64,000 bases of DNA from Takakia lepidozioides (Eukaryota; Plantae; Bryophyta). The stretch spans positions 58,218,001-58,282,000 of the forward strand of contig CM060733.1 in NCBI GenBank assembly GCA_030704615.1, in the 5' to 3' direction. Positions 28,340-39,619 of this stretch are shown here, one piece after another (the first letter of the stretch is position 1; each line of letters begins with the position of its first letter). A program made the position numbers and the translations under genes. The notes under the pieces were generated by a model. The model did no database searches. It saw only the letters and a list, made by a program, of their open reading frames with translations, and was not told where the DNA came from.

Positions 28340-29830
28340 AAATGTTTTGCCAAGACCTCTTGAGGGTGATAGCATATATATGAAAAGCAGCATTTAACAT
28401 TGAAGGAAATACAATCCACTCAAGCTTAGGTATATCTTTAAATCACAATAATTTGATGACAAACGTGACACATTAATTAATATGACCAATTACAACTTAT
28501 AGGTATAGATGATATCCTCTCATAGGCACCCAAATATTTTCATTCATAGACAAGAGATTACGTTCTATAAAAACACATACACAACAAACCTTTTGGAAAT
28601 TTAGATGTCATTGTCACCAGTTATTTTATATCGAGTTCCACCCATTAGGGGAATGCTAAACCGTAAGCAGCTCACGTGAGTTAAAAAATCCGTGCGCAGA
28701 ATTCTGCTCACGTTCCAAGGTGACGTGGACTGCATAGGGCCTATAGCCGCGGACAACAAAAGGTACAAAAGTCCTATTACCGCAGGTAGGAGATGTCAAA
28801 ATGCGAGCAGTAGTCCATATTTTTGCAAACACAATAAGTCCACAAATGGGACAATTCTCCCCCCAAATCATCACTTCAGTCTTCTGCTATGATTTATGAG
28901 CAAATTTTTTATTTTTTATTTTTATTTTTTGCGTTTTGGGTAGATGTCGTGATGATCATCACTCTACTCTGATTTCTGAGTTTTATTTTATTTTATTTGT
29001 TTATTTGTTTATTTGTTTATTTGGTATTTGGGGGGATGTCGTGATGATCGTCAACGATCATCACTTCTGCTCTGATTTCAGAGTTTTTTTTTGGGGGGAG
29101 GGCATCTGGGTAGATGTCGGGTACATTTGCTCAAGCTTTGTGTACAGAGTGTGAGCCTGCTCACGTCGTAGCTTCTCTCCACCCCTTAGAGATACTTGGA
29201 TATTCAAAATAAAATAAAATAAAATGAGTATATGCGATGTTCATTTTTGGCTTGATAAAATAAGATGTTACACATTAATACAAGTCATGAGACAAAATGA
29301 TCAAACATTTATTGAAATCTTTAATCGATTTCGAACGACATCAAATGCAACTGATGATATAAAAAACATGAACAATGTATGTTATAGACCGCCACGTCCG
29401 TCAAATCCAACATTACCTCATTTATTTTTCACAAACTCACATATTCAAACACTCAATGAAAATATTTTTAACCGAACAGAAGGACAAATTTTTCATTCAA
29501 AACAATAGAAGTCCATCATCCATTATGTCCTTCGTACGTCAAACCTCCTCTTTATGCCAATAAAACTGCGGGTTTACATACGCGCGTGAAACCCAACATG
29601 CAGCTAGTTGAATTTTGTGGATGCAACTATAACATCCAAAATGGTTTAGTAAATAGAGCCGAAGGGATTGTCAAACATGACACAACTTCATCACCATACA
29701 CTTTGGATATATTTTCATAATAAACTAATAGGGACATGAAACACGAGCTTCTTATTCACCTATATATCAAAACAACAACGATATATGCAAGTCTTAGACT
29801 CCAATTGCTCAAGAAATTCTATTTACGGCT
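28340..29830 (+). pseudogene. Helitron-type PIF1 helicase remnant, N-terminal and central motifs
   Basis: Broken frames give KAAFNIEGNTIHS, IGIDDI...IDKRLRSIK..KPFGNLDVIV, PPIRD, LIQVMRQNDQTFIEIFNRFR, LFFTN and GLVN.AEGIV; multiple stops and frameshifts. Confidence 0.85.
28648..29179. mobile_element. Mutator-like MITE inserted in the PIF1 remnant
   Basis: Imperfect ~28-bp TIRs and a 9-bp TSD CACCCATTA (28639-28647) / CACCCCTTA (29180-29188). Removing it restores the helicase peptide VPPIRDTWIF. Confidence 0.8.
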
Positions 29831-29894
29831 AATCTTGACACCACTGATTTCTGTTGAGTGGTTTATAATTAGTATTTATAAGTGTTGTACATTC

Positions 29895-30603
29895 CAGTGT
29901 TGTACTGGTATGTGCCAGTAGGCCGGGGTATGTGCACTGGTATGAGTAAGGGTATTGTAGAACATATTAGTTGGGTATGTCTTGGGGCATATACCCCGGC
30001 TATAACATGGACCCGGGTTTTGAACACTGGACCTACCCCCCTACCTACCATACCAGTCTAAGTATGAACTACTTTCATACTCCGCTTGAGACCCATATTG
30101 AGGATTGATGAACCCAAGGTATGTAATTATACAATAGGGGTAGAAGGTATGGCGTACAATGATCAGCATACAAGGTACAATATGCAGGATTTTTTCAGTT
30201 TTTGTCATGGCATCGAGCTTTTCTCCCATTTGTTATAATCCAGCCTTACAATACAAAGACCTTCACTAATTTATGAGCAATACAAATGAGTTCGCATGGA
30301 CATGTGTGATTGCAATTTTTTTTCTACCTTTTGTATGTTGCCCTCAATCTGGTTTTAATTTCAGCTTTGAATACAGCATGATGACTGTTAGGGTATACCA
30401 TACTATTGCACATGCTCCCCCCCTATGTCATTTGAGTTCTTGCCATACCCATGCCTAGGACCAGGGTATCTCAAAATTGGAAATACCCATACCCATCCTA
30501 TAACCCACCCTGGCCAGTCCTCCAGGCCCTAGTAGTTGGACCCAAGAGCCAAGTTGGACCTACCAGTCTGGTATGCCAAAATGGACATACCAGTACAACA
30601 CTG
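29895..30603. mobile_element. hAT MITE
   Basis: TIRs CAGTGTTGTACTGGTATGT / ACATACCAGTACAACACTG; 8-bp TSD GTACATTC / GTATATTC. Confidence 0.88.
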
Positions 30604-31399
30604 GTATATTCTTATTGAATATGTGAAGAAAAAATAAAATAAAATAAAAATTACAGCAGATTTGACAAAAATGAACAATGTTGAAGTTCAAAAATGTGAT
30701 CTATATAAGTTTTATACATCAAAACCTTAACAAGTAGAGTTAAAATATTTAAACATAAAATTAAATAGATTTACATATATTTAGTATCTATCATAGAGTT
30801 TTTTTTTGTGTATTTATAATATATTAATATATATAATTTCAATTATCAAAATCTAGACAAGAGACAAGAATCCAATATTAAGGGTTTTGACATTTTGTTA
30901 GCTATTACCATTATATATACCTTCTGTGTGAGCAACAAAAAATATTGATGCTCCACTGAACTCACTACGCCATAATCTGATGTAGATATGTGGATATACT
31001 CGCAGGTGGGCTGTTCGTGGACATGGAGTGGCTATCCAAGTTGAAAGACCTTGTCCCGGACCCGGAGACAAGAGGTAGGATTAGGGCGAAGATGTTCGAC
31101 AAAACACTCGACCTCCATATATGATATTTGATGACGACGATGATGTAGCAGTGATAGCTTCGTTGTATGCCCTCATTGAAACCCCAGTCCCTATATGTGG
31201 GCAGAGTTACAACATTAGATTATTCTCAAATTTTGTTGCTTGAATTCTTGCGCAAATCCATCTTGTTCCTTTTATGCAAATCATATTTTGTTTTTCTTCA
31301 CGCCTAATGTCAGTATTAATTTGTAGTATTCCGTGGATTTTTCATGGGAGACATGCTTGAAATATAGTGATGTCAGACTTGTTTTTTTGTATGTATTCA

Positions 31400-32490
31400 C
31401 TATAGAAGATGCAGGCCGAAGACAAGCAAGCTCAATCGAGAACACATTTTGGAATGATTTGCCCAATGCAATCTTGTTAGGAGACAAAGTATTGCGGCGG
31501 AGTTGCGGTGCTGCTGGGTGTGGTTTGACTTGTGGAGAGAGAAATAAATAAATAATACTTGATTATGTCCATGGGAGCCGCTAATAACCCAATAGATACC
31601 ACAAAACAAAACCATGGAACTATTTTGACACTGTGACACTCAGAAATATAGAATGAAAGATGACTTCTTGAAATTTGTGTATATGTGTGAGAGTGAGAAG
31701 AGATTGTGCCTTGTAAACTTACCTTTGCACCATAAATTTGCTTACTACTTAGGTTGGTGTCTGTCAATTTCTCCGTCAAGTCTTTTTGTATAGCCTTGCT
31801 CACACCTCCTGACAAGAGAACAAAACCAGAACTAGGTTACCAGCAGTTATACATGAGGCCAGTCATAATATTGGAGGCAATGAATCTGGTTCAGTCTGTT
31901 TAGTTTTCTTGATCAATAATGTGGGAATGTTTTATTCGCAGGTGAATATGAGGATGCTAAGAGAAGGAAAATCTTTGGATTGCTTGAAACCATCATTTCA
32001 GATATATTACTTTCCTCTCACATATTTTCCCCTGTTATCACACTTGCATACTTGCTTCTATATAATTGTATTGTATTATCTTGATGTCAGCTAGAGCAAC
32101 ACCATCAACCGGAGTGACAACATCTACAGATCTGATGTCGTGACACCCTTGGGCTAAGAAGCTGGTCGAGCACATCGTTGAATGAGTTGTAGAAAACTCA
32201 TTATTTGTGGATCCAAACACCGTGTTCAAGTTGTCTTTCCCCGCAATTTCTACGGAAGGGATGCCCGACCGCTTCTTGACTGAGGGTGACTCGTGGAGAT
32301 ACATGGGACGTGAGAAGTATCAAGAAGTGCGCAATGCACTTTTAAGGTTGAAAAATATAGGAATGGGATGTACACCAGATTTACCTATGAAGACACATGA
32401 AACTAACGGAAGTATGCATGATTACTTAGAAGTAGGCTTGTACGGCAACATTGGGAGTGAGAAATCTCATATTCAAGCGGCACTAGCATG
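31400..32490 (+). pseudogene. Fragments resembling a Crinkler/RHS-type P-loop NTPase
   Basis: FWNDLPNAILLGDKVL (~31450) and WRYMGREKYQEV...GLYGNIGSEKSHIQAALAC (32207-32495), a degenerate Walker A. Family assigned from remembered motifs only. Confidence 0.5.
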
Positions 32491-34339
32491 TGATTGCACA
32501 CAAAATACAATGTTAATAGTATGTATGATATTCACATAAAAATATGATCGACGTCATAGACCTTCAAATGTCTTGGCTGAGCCTAATGAACACTGATAAT
32601 CAACCCGATAAGCATTGATTACATCACATTTAATGAGACTGAACATCGAAGGCTGGTCGGAGTCCGGCGGTGAGCACATTACAAGATGCATTATGCATAT
32701 GGACCGCAAGATAAACTAACGAAAAATTATGAAGCTCGGGATATGATTCAGAGACCTCGACAAGCTGGTCAAAGTAGTCGATGACAAAAAGTAGGATGAG
32801 GAGAGAGCATTAAAAGATGATGTCGTTGTTCATTTGGTATTTTTTATCATTATTTTCATCCCAAATGTAGCTTGAATCGAAAATTTCTGTTGATGTGGCA
32901 GAAAGACCTTGTCATGGTCATTTAGATGCAGTTTCTGTACGCAGCTGGCATGAACTTTCTCATTTATCACGTCGACTCAAATATTGGGTTGAGTCCAAAC
33001 TTGTTCAAAACAATACACCGTCACAAGTGATTATGGAACATGAGGACATGTTGAATCTTGTGAGAGGAAGAGATCCACATCGGCAAGCATCCAAAGATGA
33101 TATGCTTACGAGAAAAGATGTTGACAACATTGCATTACATTTACACAAAATTTAGTACAGGTTTCATGAAGAAGAAGTGCTCAGTGTGAGGATGAAAATA
33201 AATCTATGTCCTGATAAGGTTTTTTTCTATCAAGAACATTTTGGGTCTCCAAACTACGTGGCAAAAAGAGATGATGATAAAACATGGCCACAAGAAAATG
33301 GTATCATGTGATGCTACATTTGTTACTAACAAATTCAAGGTAATCCAATATATATTTGTGGATTTGTTTTGCATTTATCTAAAAGTCACATATACATTAC
33401 AAGTTTGTTGAAATTTGTATTACTATATCATGTAATGGTCATAAATTTGTTTATATGTATTATGTCAACCAAATCTAATTTAATTTTCTGTGTCGATTTT
33501 GTATGTGTACACTATCCATAGAATATCACAATATATATTGCAAGTTTGTTGATCTTTATATTATTATATGTGATAGTACTACTTTTATGTATTATGTCAA
33601 GTTGTAATTAAAATTTATGTGTTATTGTTTGTTTGCAGTACCTATTATTCACACTGTTGGTATTTGACGAATTTCAAAATGAGATACCTGTTGCATGGGT
33701 TATAACGGAAACCCAGACTGCAACATCTTTGATTGTTTGGATGACAAGGTTGAGAGAAGATATGCTTGCAGTACCTCCATACAATTGGAATCCCAACAAC
33801 TTCACGGTCGTTGATTGTGATGCAGAAATCACTGATATTAAGTAAGAATAGAAAATAAAATATTCAACAATAATCTCATTGTAAGCATGTTTATATGATT
33901 ACACTGTAGCATGCGTAGTTTCATGTTTTGAACACAATTTTTTGTTTGTCCATGTTCTATATGCAGAACTGTTTGAGGCAATCAAATGCAACTTCTTACG
34001 GTGTCATTGGCATATCAAACGAGCATGGCTAAAAAATGTCATAAAAAATATTAAAACTTGGGATATTACAATTTTCTGAGGGCTAGAAAATATCATATAT
34101 TGCAAAGGAACATTCGGCGTTCAGCTACGTCGTAGGATGGATGAAGTGCATGAAAAGCTCCACAACCTACAATCAACGTATTTCAAGAGGAGGATTTTCG
34201 AAATTATTTCATCCGGGAATGGAGAGGTGACAAACTTGGTAAGTGCTTTGTTTCATAGTAAAATTAAACATATTACATAATATTATGATATGTATTTTTT
34301 TAAGAAAAAATCTGATTTATCTTCGTACTTATTTTGATG

Positions 34340-34354
<15 letters not shown>

Positions 34355-34395
<41 letters not shown>
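34355..34395. repeat. (TG)n microsatellite
   Basis: Direct observation. Confidence 0.9.
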
Positions 34396-34400
<5 letters not shown>

Positions 34401-34513
34401 TGTGCGCAAATATATAATATGTAACAAATTAGTGGTCAAAATGTGTTCCAAACTGAATATCGTGAATCAATGTATAAATGAAGTTAGGCTATAGGTTAAT
34501 ATCAGGTAAATAC

Positions 34514-35292
34514 CAGTGTTGGCCGGGTATCACATTTTGGGCATATTGAAGGGTCCGGGTAAGGCATATTCATTTAAAGTGGTATGCAGGCGGTTATATG
34601 TAATATAGGGGTTCAAAAATTAAGTCGGTTACAGATTATCAAGAGAAGGGTCCCCAAAAAAAGTGTCTCGGTTATCAATATGCCGGTTATCCAAGTGGAA
34701 GACTACAGGGTCCTATATTACGGTCATCAATAGTGGTTTTATTTTTTGATTTAAAAAAAAAAGGAAACACCTGGCTCACAAATTATGCCCCTCGAGAGGA
34801 GAAATTGATTTTCAGCTATAATATATTCAGAGGTTATTTTTTCCTCTTGTATCTCTCGGACATTCATGTCCTTATTATAAAGCTTGAGGCCTCCGTCCCT
34901 CTTATTTATATATATAGATAGATAGATTTCAAGAGGACCAAAAAATAATAGTAATAACACATATCAAAAACCTTAATGGAGGGATGACAGAATTGATTGA
35001 AAAGATGTCAATGGCGGCGTGACAGAGCAGACATGCATTCTTGCATGGCGGCGAAATCAAATCAGTTAAAAGCATTTCTCTTGGACCCTGCACCTCCATT
35101 ATCTCTTGCACCCTTACAATCACGACGCCCGGTTCTCTAGTCGGTTAGCAACTTCAATGGCCTTTGCTGGTTCCCTTCCATAGCCGGGTCCCTGCGAGTT
35201 TAGGGTTTAGGGTTTAGGGTTTAGACCCTAAAATCCTAAACCCTAATACTCGCCGGGTATGAATGTCTAAATGCCATACCCGGCGAACACTG
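34514..35292. mobile_element. hAT MITE within an intron of the MULE remnant
   Basis: TIRs CAGTGTTGGCCGGGTAT / ATACCCGGCGAACACTG; exact 8-bp TSD GTAAATAC (34506-34513, 35293-35300). Confidence 0.92.
35199..35246. repeat. Head-to-head interstitial plant telomeric repeats
   Basis: (TTTAGGG)3 TTTAG A CCCTAAAA TCCTAAA CCCTAA. Confidence 0.85.
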
Positions 35293-35689
35293 GTAAATAC
35301 TATACTAAGTCAATATTTTCAGTTTGTTTGAGCATGACTTTGATTGCATATGACATATTTGTAATGCAGACATGTGGATAGAGGCCACTCGACATTTTCC
35401 CCATGCAAACTAGAATACAAATGCAGTGGAAACATATCATGGAAGCCTAAAGAGTAGGTACCTAATATCCAAACGGAATCTTATTGGAAGGCGAGTTGAT
35501 TGGCTTATATGTACTTTGCTCGATGATGTGGAGAGGCATTTTTCAGCAATGGAGTACATAAAATCTTGGGGGGTTTGTAATCAACTGCAAAAAAAACCAA
35601 TTAGTCAAGAATGATGTTGTCTAAGCAAAGGACCATTTCAGATGGTTTTGTAGAGTTGTCACCAATAGATAATACATGGATGCTTATCC

Positions 35690-37250
35690 AAGTAATAACT
35701 CATGCTCAGTTCCCAATTTAGCTCGCAACAACACATACTATAGACATAGCACAGGGATTAACCATGGATTATCTCGCATTTGACCCAACAAACGGGAACA
35801 GGCATGATTGACATATATAGCTTTATCGCGACGACAAAACTTATATCTCCTAGCTCCATTACAAGACAAAAATTTCCATGTGGATGATATCATAGGTGAA
35901 AAAATAAACAGACTACAAACAATTATCTCATGTAAACTATCCACACCAGATTTACAACTATTATTTCGCACACATGTAATCATTCAATCGTTAAATGTTT
36001 GTTCAATGCACGCTCACCATTGTGATATTATCCCCTACAAGACGAGCTAAAATTTTGGACCTTTGTCCAAAACAGGTATATACCTTGCAAAAATCCCCTG
36101 TAACTACCTACCCACTCACATCCACGTGGATGAACCGTACACGTTCATCCCTACTGACATCATTCACTTTCGACCGTTGCATTTGGGAGATTATAACAAA
36201 ATAAAAAGGCCTAAATTGTGAAAATACAAAAAACCAAGTGACAAAAATGGGTTTGACCATGCCAAAATGACATTTTCCAGATTTTCCTGAGTGAATGGGT
36301 TCCAGATTCTGGATTTGGGCCACTCAAGGAGTACACCCTGCAAAAATGGGACTGAACCACCAAAATTTGAGGGGGGGTTGCTTTGTATATGAAATAGGGG
36401 GATTAAATTCAATCCAAGTTGCTCTGGTGAGCTGAGGGCTTCCAAATGCCCACAAAATGGGACTTGCCACAAATTTCAACGTTCATTCTATGGAGCACTC
36501 CACTACAGAGGCCTCTGCATTGGGATTTGGAGGAAGGTTCATACATGGATGGGAAAAGAGTGGATTTTCCGGCCAACGGCAAAGCAGGCCTTCTGGTGCC
36601 GGAAACGTGCCGGAAACAATGGTTTGACCTGCCAGCTGTGCAAATCCCGGGGTTCCGTGCCCGGTCAGCGGGCGTGGCCACCCGTGCACCACACAAAATG
36701 GCGAAACCGTGCCATGCCATAAATTCTAGCATGCATGGAATTTATTGAATCCCTAGGATGGGATACAGAATTCGCATCTCCATCGAATGTCATTCGACGG
36801 AGATACGCCCTCCCATTTGTATTCAAATAATCAAACTTGGTCATTATATGTACCTGACGATCGCTTCTCAAGACTATCGTACGACGCTTTATGACGGACA
36901 TGGAACAACCATTCTATTTGATAAAACCACCTCGCTTCAAAATTACAAAATCCAAACACACAACGACGTAGAATTCATTGCTACGTCTTTCAATCTAAAT
37001 TCCCGCATAGCCATACATATCATTGCAATATATGAACCTCATTTGCTTTCTCTTCACAACATTTTGCAAAATTTGTAAAATATATACAAGCACCGAAAAA
37101 TTGTCCAACGATTTTTATTGGAGATTTAATATCAATCTTCACAAACCTGACATAGAATTTGACTAAGTTCACTTATTTATGAGAAACTACAACTTTTATT
37201 TTACATTCAATGAGCCTACGACATATTATAATTCTCAATCCTGTATGGAT
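35690..37250 (+). pseudogene. PIF1 helicase C-terminus fused to an AP-endonuclease (EEP)-like domain, Helentron-like, with a ~0.7-kb insertion (~36030-36760)
   Basis: AQFPI*LATTHTIDIAQGLTMD and TYIALSR (PIF1 motifs V/VI) are followed in frame by IIQSLNVCS; after the insertion come C..TEIR, IHIIAIYEP and PTIFIGD.NINL (GDFN-like). Confidence 0.75.
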
Positions 37251-37258
37251 TAATTCAT

Positions 37259-38545
37259 CTAGGCAACCTTCTTGTCCGGAACAAAAGAAGCATATTGGAC
37301 TTGTAAATATGGAATGTAGGGGGCACTATGTTTCATCACATCCCTTTCTAGGTCGGCCTCATCTACAATTCTCATTTCAATGCTCTCCCCGTTCTCCTCC
37401 TGAGGAATCTCCGGTTCCTGCAGACCAACTTGTTCGGCGGATAACGAGAAGAGCTCGGTTAGTAACTCGAACTCTGGAAGTGCCTCGGTTGATACCGAGT
37501 GTACCATCACCTCTTTGCCTTGGTTTTCCCCGAATAACCAGGCAATGCAGTCTGCATTAGAGTCGCATTCATATAAACCCGGACCTAGGGACTTGACGAC
37601 GTCCTCTAGTCCTACCTTCCTTCGCTTAACCTCCCTGCGAGGCGCGGTGCTGGTTGCTAATACTCGGTGGGCATGTGACGTTGGATGGATGTCTCTATCT
37701 GTCCACCAGTCCTCCTCACTCAAGTCTGCAGATTCCTCTTCAGAACCAATCATGTTGAGCTCATCCTCATCTGTTTCGTGGTGAGGTGCTCCCGAAAGAA
37801 AAGCGACTGTAGTCGTATAAGGTTTTATCCCATAAGTGATGGTACCTGCCTCCTAGTCCGTTCGAGCTCAGGACTGGACCAACCATGGCCTTCCTAGTAG
37901 GAGTGCGTAGGAATACTCATCAATGGGGAAATCTATGATTTGGAAGTCTACCGCGTACGTGTAGCCTCCGGTCTTTAGCCGAATATTCGCTAAATGACCC
38001 ACTGGACTGATCTTTCGTTGGTCAGCTAGTTTGATAGGTAATGGAGACTCCCCTGTCATGTTCAATCTTAACTTTGACAAGGTGGAGAGTGACATGATGT
38101 TGACTGAGCTCCCATCATCCACTAAACAACGTCGTATCAGACGGTCGGCAATCTCCACTTCTATTTCTACTGGGCCCGGATCGACATGGACGATAATATG
38201 GTGGGTCTGAGCAAAAGTACCTACTCGCTTCCTCACCAATGATGCCTTGAGAGCATGTCGAACTGTTGGTGCCAGTGCTATGAGTTGGGCAAATGTAATG
38301 TTTGCCTGAATGTGGCGCAAGTCTTCCATTAGATTATACGGTTCCAACTCATCGGTGAAGCGCATAGTGAAGTGTGTTCTCCTTTTGGGAAGCTTTGCTG
38401 GTGCTACTGGTCGATTGGCCGGACTCTTTGTTCTGGATATCAAAAGTGGCCTAGAAATGGTTGGCCAGACTGCCGAAGATTTGGTCTCTGCAAATGCTAC
38501 CTCTTTCTCCTTGGAATGGGTATCCTCTTCTCCCAAATATGGTTT
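37259..38545 (-). mobile_element. Ty3/gypsy gag-protease remnant
   Basis: PYNLMEDLRHIQANITFAQLI, the aspartic protease motif CLVDDGSSVNIMS and LLGRPWL; frameshift near 37870. Confidence 0.85.
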
Positions 38546-38880
38546 ATTTGTACTCTTTGCACAATGTACGGTGTTGAGTCTGCATCTGTAGTTTGATGTC
38601 CGCCTTTGTATGTTTCTCCAGAGATTGTGTCCAATGGAATAGACATGTACGCTCTCTTCCCGGCATTGGCACTTTTGGGTCGCCCGATCCGAAGACAATT
38701 CGAACAGCATTGAAATTTGCCTGAGCACTATCCGCCATCAAACCTGCGAAATTTGGAGATGGTACCCCATGGCAGCCCATAACACGTATCAGGGAATTCC
38801 ACATGAGCTTCTGGGATTCCGTATCCTCGGATTGCATGTCACAAACTGCAATTGTCATAACTCGTTGATACACTGGATCA
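38544..38880 (-). mobile_element. MULE-like DDE transposase fragment
   Basis: YQRVMTIAVCDMQSED...LMADSAQANFNAVRIVF...RTCLFHW (D and CxxH signature). Confidence 0.7.
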
Positions 38881-39619
38881 TTCAGATTTATTCAGAACCT
38901 CATCAATAAACATAATAACCAGCCGACTTCTCGGAAGTGTGCCAAAGGATGTGAGGGTGGGATAGATGAAGTAAATGCATCTTTATACTAGTACCAATGA
39001 TCATGCGCACCTGGAAAGTCCAAACTGTGAAACGTACATGGGGTTGGATTGCAAGGATGAATGTGTATGATATCCAAAAATATGTCATCAAACACTCGTT
39101 CATTTACATTTATTTGTCTGAGATTGTGCGCCAGATGGTCCCATATATTTTATTCCACGGTGGCAAGGTTCTGATGGCATAGGCATTTTGGTTTAGGCTG
39201 AGCAGTCAGACCATTGGTTTTAGGCTGAGCAGTCGTTGTTTATATGCAATGTGGTATTCATTTATATTATCTGTCGCTGTTATTTTCAATTATTGAAACC
39301 GTTCAAATAAACGACACGCCGTTCATTTTGGGCGACACACGTCAGACATCGATTATTACATTGCAGACGAACAGTTGTCCACTAATGGCTGGCAAGTGCA
39401 CTAATAAGGGAGCGACATTTGTGTAACGGTCATGCGACAGGAATCCGATGCTTCTAGAGGCAATCCCCAACGCACGCACGCAATTCACTTTGTCTTTCAA
39501 GTTTCCGCACTTAGAGGGAGAGAGGTAGTCAAGCTGGAGAGGGTTTCTTCTACGATTCGAAAGAGAAGGAAGTCACTCTATTTTACTCCCTTAGAGAGAG
39601 ACTCAGAGCAAGAGAGCAA

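Larger units (their letters stand above)
32680..35640 (+). pseudogene. Intron-containing MULE (Mutator DDE) transposase remnant
   Basis: DATFVTNKFK | YLLFTLLVFDEFQNEIPVAWVIT, F.VVDCDAEI, WHIKRAWLKN, NTNAVETYHGSLKS, GRRVDWLI; stops and frameshifts. Confidence 0.85.

Noticed and set aside
37868-38728. 286-aa ORF as a single gene
   Set aside because: Chimeric read-through from an alternative frame of the MULE-like fragment into the gypsy gag-protease.
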